64,000 bases of DNA from Macrostomum hystrix (lineage: Eukaryota > Animalia > Platyhelminthes): assembly GCA_950097015.1 (NCBI GenBank), contig CATNEN010000001.1:10230001-10294000 (forward strand), in the 5' to 3' direction. A model generated the notes under the pieces. The model did no database searches, was not told the origin of the DNA, and was given only the letters and a program-made list of their open reading frames with translations. Position numbers and translations under genes: made by a program. Shown in pieces: positions 60,549 to 64,000 of the stretch. Each line of letters opens with the position of its first letter. Position 1 is the stretch's first letter.

Positions 60549-63500
60549 ATGGATCCTGTAAGTACACTATTTTCTACTACTAATTTCCCGTCGTTTTTGT
60601 TTCTTAATTGTGGATTTATTAAATATACTATTTCTTTTTTTAACTGTACTGGGAAGTGATAACTTAGTTGTCTTAACTGAGAATTTTTATAAGGAAACAT
60701 AAAATGCTACTTATTCTTTACTCCTATATTCTTTTTGTTTCTTACTTCAACATATCTTTTAAAGTGGGTTCTAATGGTTTGAGAGGGTTTTAAACAGTTT
60801 CAAAATCTTGTTTTGAGCATAGGGTAATAGTAGTAATTCAAGCATTATTAATGAGAGATTTTACCAATTGACCTAATTTTACTTATATTTTACTTCAATA
60901 AATTTTTTTTTAATTTTTTCTATTTTAGGATGGGTTAAATATACGGTCCCAGGTCATTTTGGTGACAAGACATTTCGGTGACAGTCATTTCGGTGACACA
61001 ATTGGTCAGATTGGTGACAACTATTTTTGCACCTTAATATGCTAAAAAACAGCCTTCCATTTTAACTATGCACACATATAAAATATTAATTAAATAATGC
61101 TAAAAGTATTAATAAGAAGCTGCATCGCTATGTTAAAGTCTGGGTTTTACTTTAAATGAGTTAAATTATTAAATTATTTAATGAGTAGTCAATAGTTTCA
61201 ATAGTTATTCATTCCTAATTAAATGTGTATAATAATCATTTTTCAAGTTTTGAATTGACAAGGCGAGTGCAGGCTTTAAGCAGCTGCTGGATCGTGGAAG
61301 GCTGTTTTCTGCTCATATTTAGGTGCAAAAATAGTTGTCACCGAACTGACCAATTCTGTCACCGAAATGTCTTGTCACCGAAATGACCTGGGACCAAATA
61401 TAACTATTTGGTAGTAAAATTAATGATCATAGCTAGTTGCCAAGTATACAAATTACAATTTATGTAAACCCTGGTCCTTGTCAGTTCTAGGTCTTTTAAA
61501 AGCTAAGACTTAGACCCTATAAAAATGTGCGTCCAAGTCGAGATTTTTTGTTTCTTTAAAAATGTTTTTGTGACAACAGGTTTGTGACAACAAGTTTGAA
61601 AATACTGGATGCTTTTTTATCATAAACAGACATAACAGCAAAGTTTGCAGTTACTAATGTTATAATCAGCAAAAAATGTGTTTGAGAAAAAACTTAGGCC
61701 CTAACTATTTTTTCTAATTGTCATTTTTAACCAAAATATTTTCAAGCTTATTTGTCATTGCTAAATAGAGAATTTCTTTTATATCAAATTTCTGTTTCTC
61801 TCTAAAGCTATTTATAGTGTATTGGAAAAGGCTATTTTAAAGTGACCAATATGACTTTTTCTTGACATTAAAATGACCATAGTAATCCAAAATCCAAAAT
61901 TTATTAATATTATTTATTAGTACTTGCTTTAAAAATAATCAAGGGTAAGGCTTTTCTATAATATTGTTTGAAATGTTTATGGAAGTTGTACTAGAATATT
62001 AGTTCCACTGTTGAGTACCTCTTGGATTTCTATAACTGTACCTGAGTAGCAAAGCATTGTCATGTTAAAGAATACTAGGCTAAGTTTAAGATATGAGGCT
62101 TGAAGTTCAAACATCGTAGTTCTGAATCATTGTTTATCAGCTTTCTGTTGCATTTGCTTAATACTAAGCAATGAAAACAAATGCTTGAGCTCTGTTGTGA
62201 ATTAATAACACCTTTTTAAAAATTATAATTTTTTACAATTTTTGTATTTTTGTAACACTAATATGTTTGTCTTTGCTATTGTAAATCAGAAAAAATATTT
62301 TTTTGTTCGAAAACTTATTACTTATTATACCTAAATTCTTCTCTTTACTTTAAGAAACATTCATATCCATTTTAGCTATCTGGTCGCAATGTTGAAGTCT
62401 TTAAGGAGCCTCGTGGCATGATCAGAATTATTCAATTTGTAAGTTTACAAACTATTTTTATTTTTTATTTTAAAAGCTCATTTTTAAATCATGTCATTAT
62501 TATTATTAATACTTATAATTATATTCACAGCTATTCGCTATTTTGGCATTCTCTACAACGGCTGGCTACAATTCGACTCTAAACTTCACCTATAAGTGCA
62601 AATTGGCAGCAACTCCAGCAAAAACTTATCCAAATGTTAGTGCGTCAATAACCATCGCTTATCCATTCCACATGGAAACTCAGTCTAGCATTGCGCCATT
62701 CTGCAACATGGAAAGCACAATCTCTCCTGGTCTGTATTATCCCTATGGCAGTTTTTCACCTGCTGCTCAGTTTTATGTGTTTGTTGGAGTCATGGCTTTT
62801 TTATATACCATTGGCATCAGTGTGCTTTATGTGTTCTTTGATAATGTCTACCGCGACAACGACAGGGTGCCACAGATTGTAAGTCCTACGTGTGTTTTGC
62901 TATACGTTATAGTTTATTCATATAAACATCTAGATCTGGTCTTGTGCAACCAGACTAAAAGTCAAATTAACCCGGAATTCCCTCGCCGTCCCAGGATTTC
63001 ATCGTGACAACCCTGTGGGCCGTGTTCTGGTTCATCGCCTCGATAGCCTGGTCCGTCAGCGTCAGCTTTCTCAAATTAGAGACCCACAGTAGCCGGCTGT
63101 GGCATCAGGTCACCGCCTGTCTGCCTGATCAACGCGGCACCGCCTATTGCCACGTCATCGACGAGTTTGCCTACACAGGATTGAACATCTCGCTGGTGAG
63201 TGATGAAAGAGCGTGAAAAACAGGGTAATGACACACTCAGAACAGGGTAATGACACATTCAGAACAGGGTAATGACACATTCAGAACAGGGTAATGACAC
63301 ATTCAGAACCGGGTAATGGCACATTCAGAACAGGGTAATGACACATTCAGAACAGGGTAATGACACATTCAGAACAGGGTAATGACACATTCAGAACAGG
63401 GTATAGACACATTCAGAACAGGGTATAGACACATTCAGAACAGGGTAATGACACATTCAGAACAGGGTATAGACACATTCAGAACAGGGTAATAACATAT

Positions 63501-63778
63501 TCAGAAGATGGTTATAAGACATCCAGAAGAGGGTAATAGCACACTCAGAACAGGTTAATAGCACATTCAGAAAGCGTATCAGGCTACTCAAAGCCTACTC
63601 AAAAACTGATTGGCAGATCTGCGGCTACGCCAACGTGTTCCTGTGGGGCAGCAACCTGTGGTTCCTATTTAAAGAGACCAGCTGGTTCAAGGCCATGCAC
63701 CCAGAGCAGGCCTACGGTGGCGACTGGTACGCTGGCGATAATAAAAATGTTGTCGAAACTGGAGCCGGAATTCCTTAG
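60549..63778 (+). CDS. SYP: Synaptophysin/synaptoporin family MARVEL protein, 5 exons, 260 aa
   Basis: Exons 60549-60557, 62376-62438, 62531-62878, 62995-63195, 63617-63778. Motifs FKEPRGMIRIIQFLFAILAFST, YPF, SPAAQFYVFVGVMAFLY, DFIVT, LNISL..N..LW..NLWFLFKET; AATAAA at 63910. Confidence 0.92.
60945..61395. mobile_element. Foldback-type MITE (451 bp) in SYP intron 1
   Basis: Long TIRs ggtcccaggtcattt..(ggtgaca)n..actatttttgcacct; flanks aaatatac/aaatataa (7/8). Confidence 0.85.
63220..63575. repeat. 22-bp intronic minisatellite (cagaacagggtaatgacacatt) in SYP last intron
   Basis: ~16 tandem copies. Confidence 0.93.
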
Positions 63779-64000
63779 TAATTGTGCGCTTACAAATTCG
63801 CTAACTATACTACTGGGAATCTTCTGAATCTGTTATGACTAGTATGTTTAGAAAATTAACTAACTTTTCTGTTTCACTAACAGAATCAGTTATAAAAAGT
63901 TTTTTGTGCAATAAATCTGTTTTAAATTTCTCAAAAGTTTTTGTTATTGTTATCTAGTCAATGTGGAACTGTTTGATGTTCTTTTTTCTAGCTTTGTTTT

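Overview
Eukaryotic, intron-rich and repeat-rich animal genomic DNA. GT-AG introns, unique intronic minisatellites and a likely spliced-leader-supplied AUG suggest a free-living flatworm such as Macrostomum; this is inference. The left ~25 kb is almost all mobile DNA. It holds Helitron-like ends carrying minisatellites and a decayed Polinton/adintovirus fragment (integrase plus PLA2). It also holds a 6.5-kb hAT transposon with a 10-exon transposase nested inside a deleted relative, a full-length Mag-clade Ty3/Gypsy element with near-identical LTRs, a probable solo LTR and a Tc1/mariner MITE. The right ~35 kb carries five spliced host genes: SNX27 (-), an ARM-TIR-SAM protein (+), beta-mannosidase (-), an orphan Gln-rich gene (+) and synaptophysin (+). 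Most introns of SNX27, the TIR gene and MANBA carry their own distinct 13-44 bp tandem array or a tRNA-derived SINE. There is no CRISPR array, rRNA or convincing intact tRNA. All exon boundaries were read by eye and need transcript confirmation.
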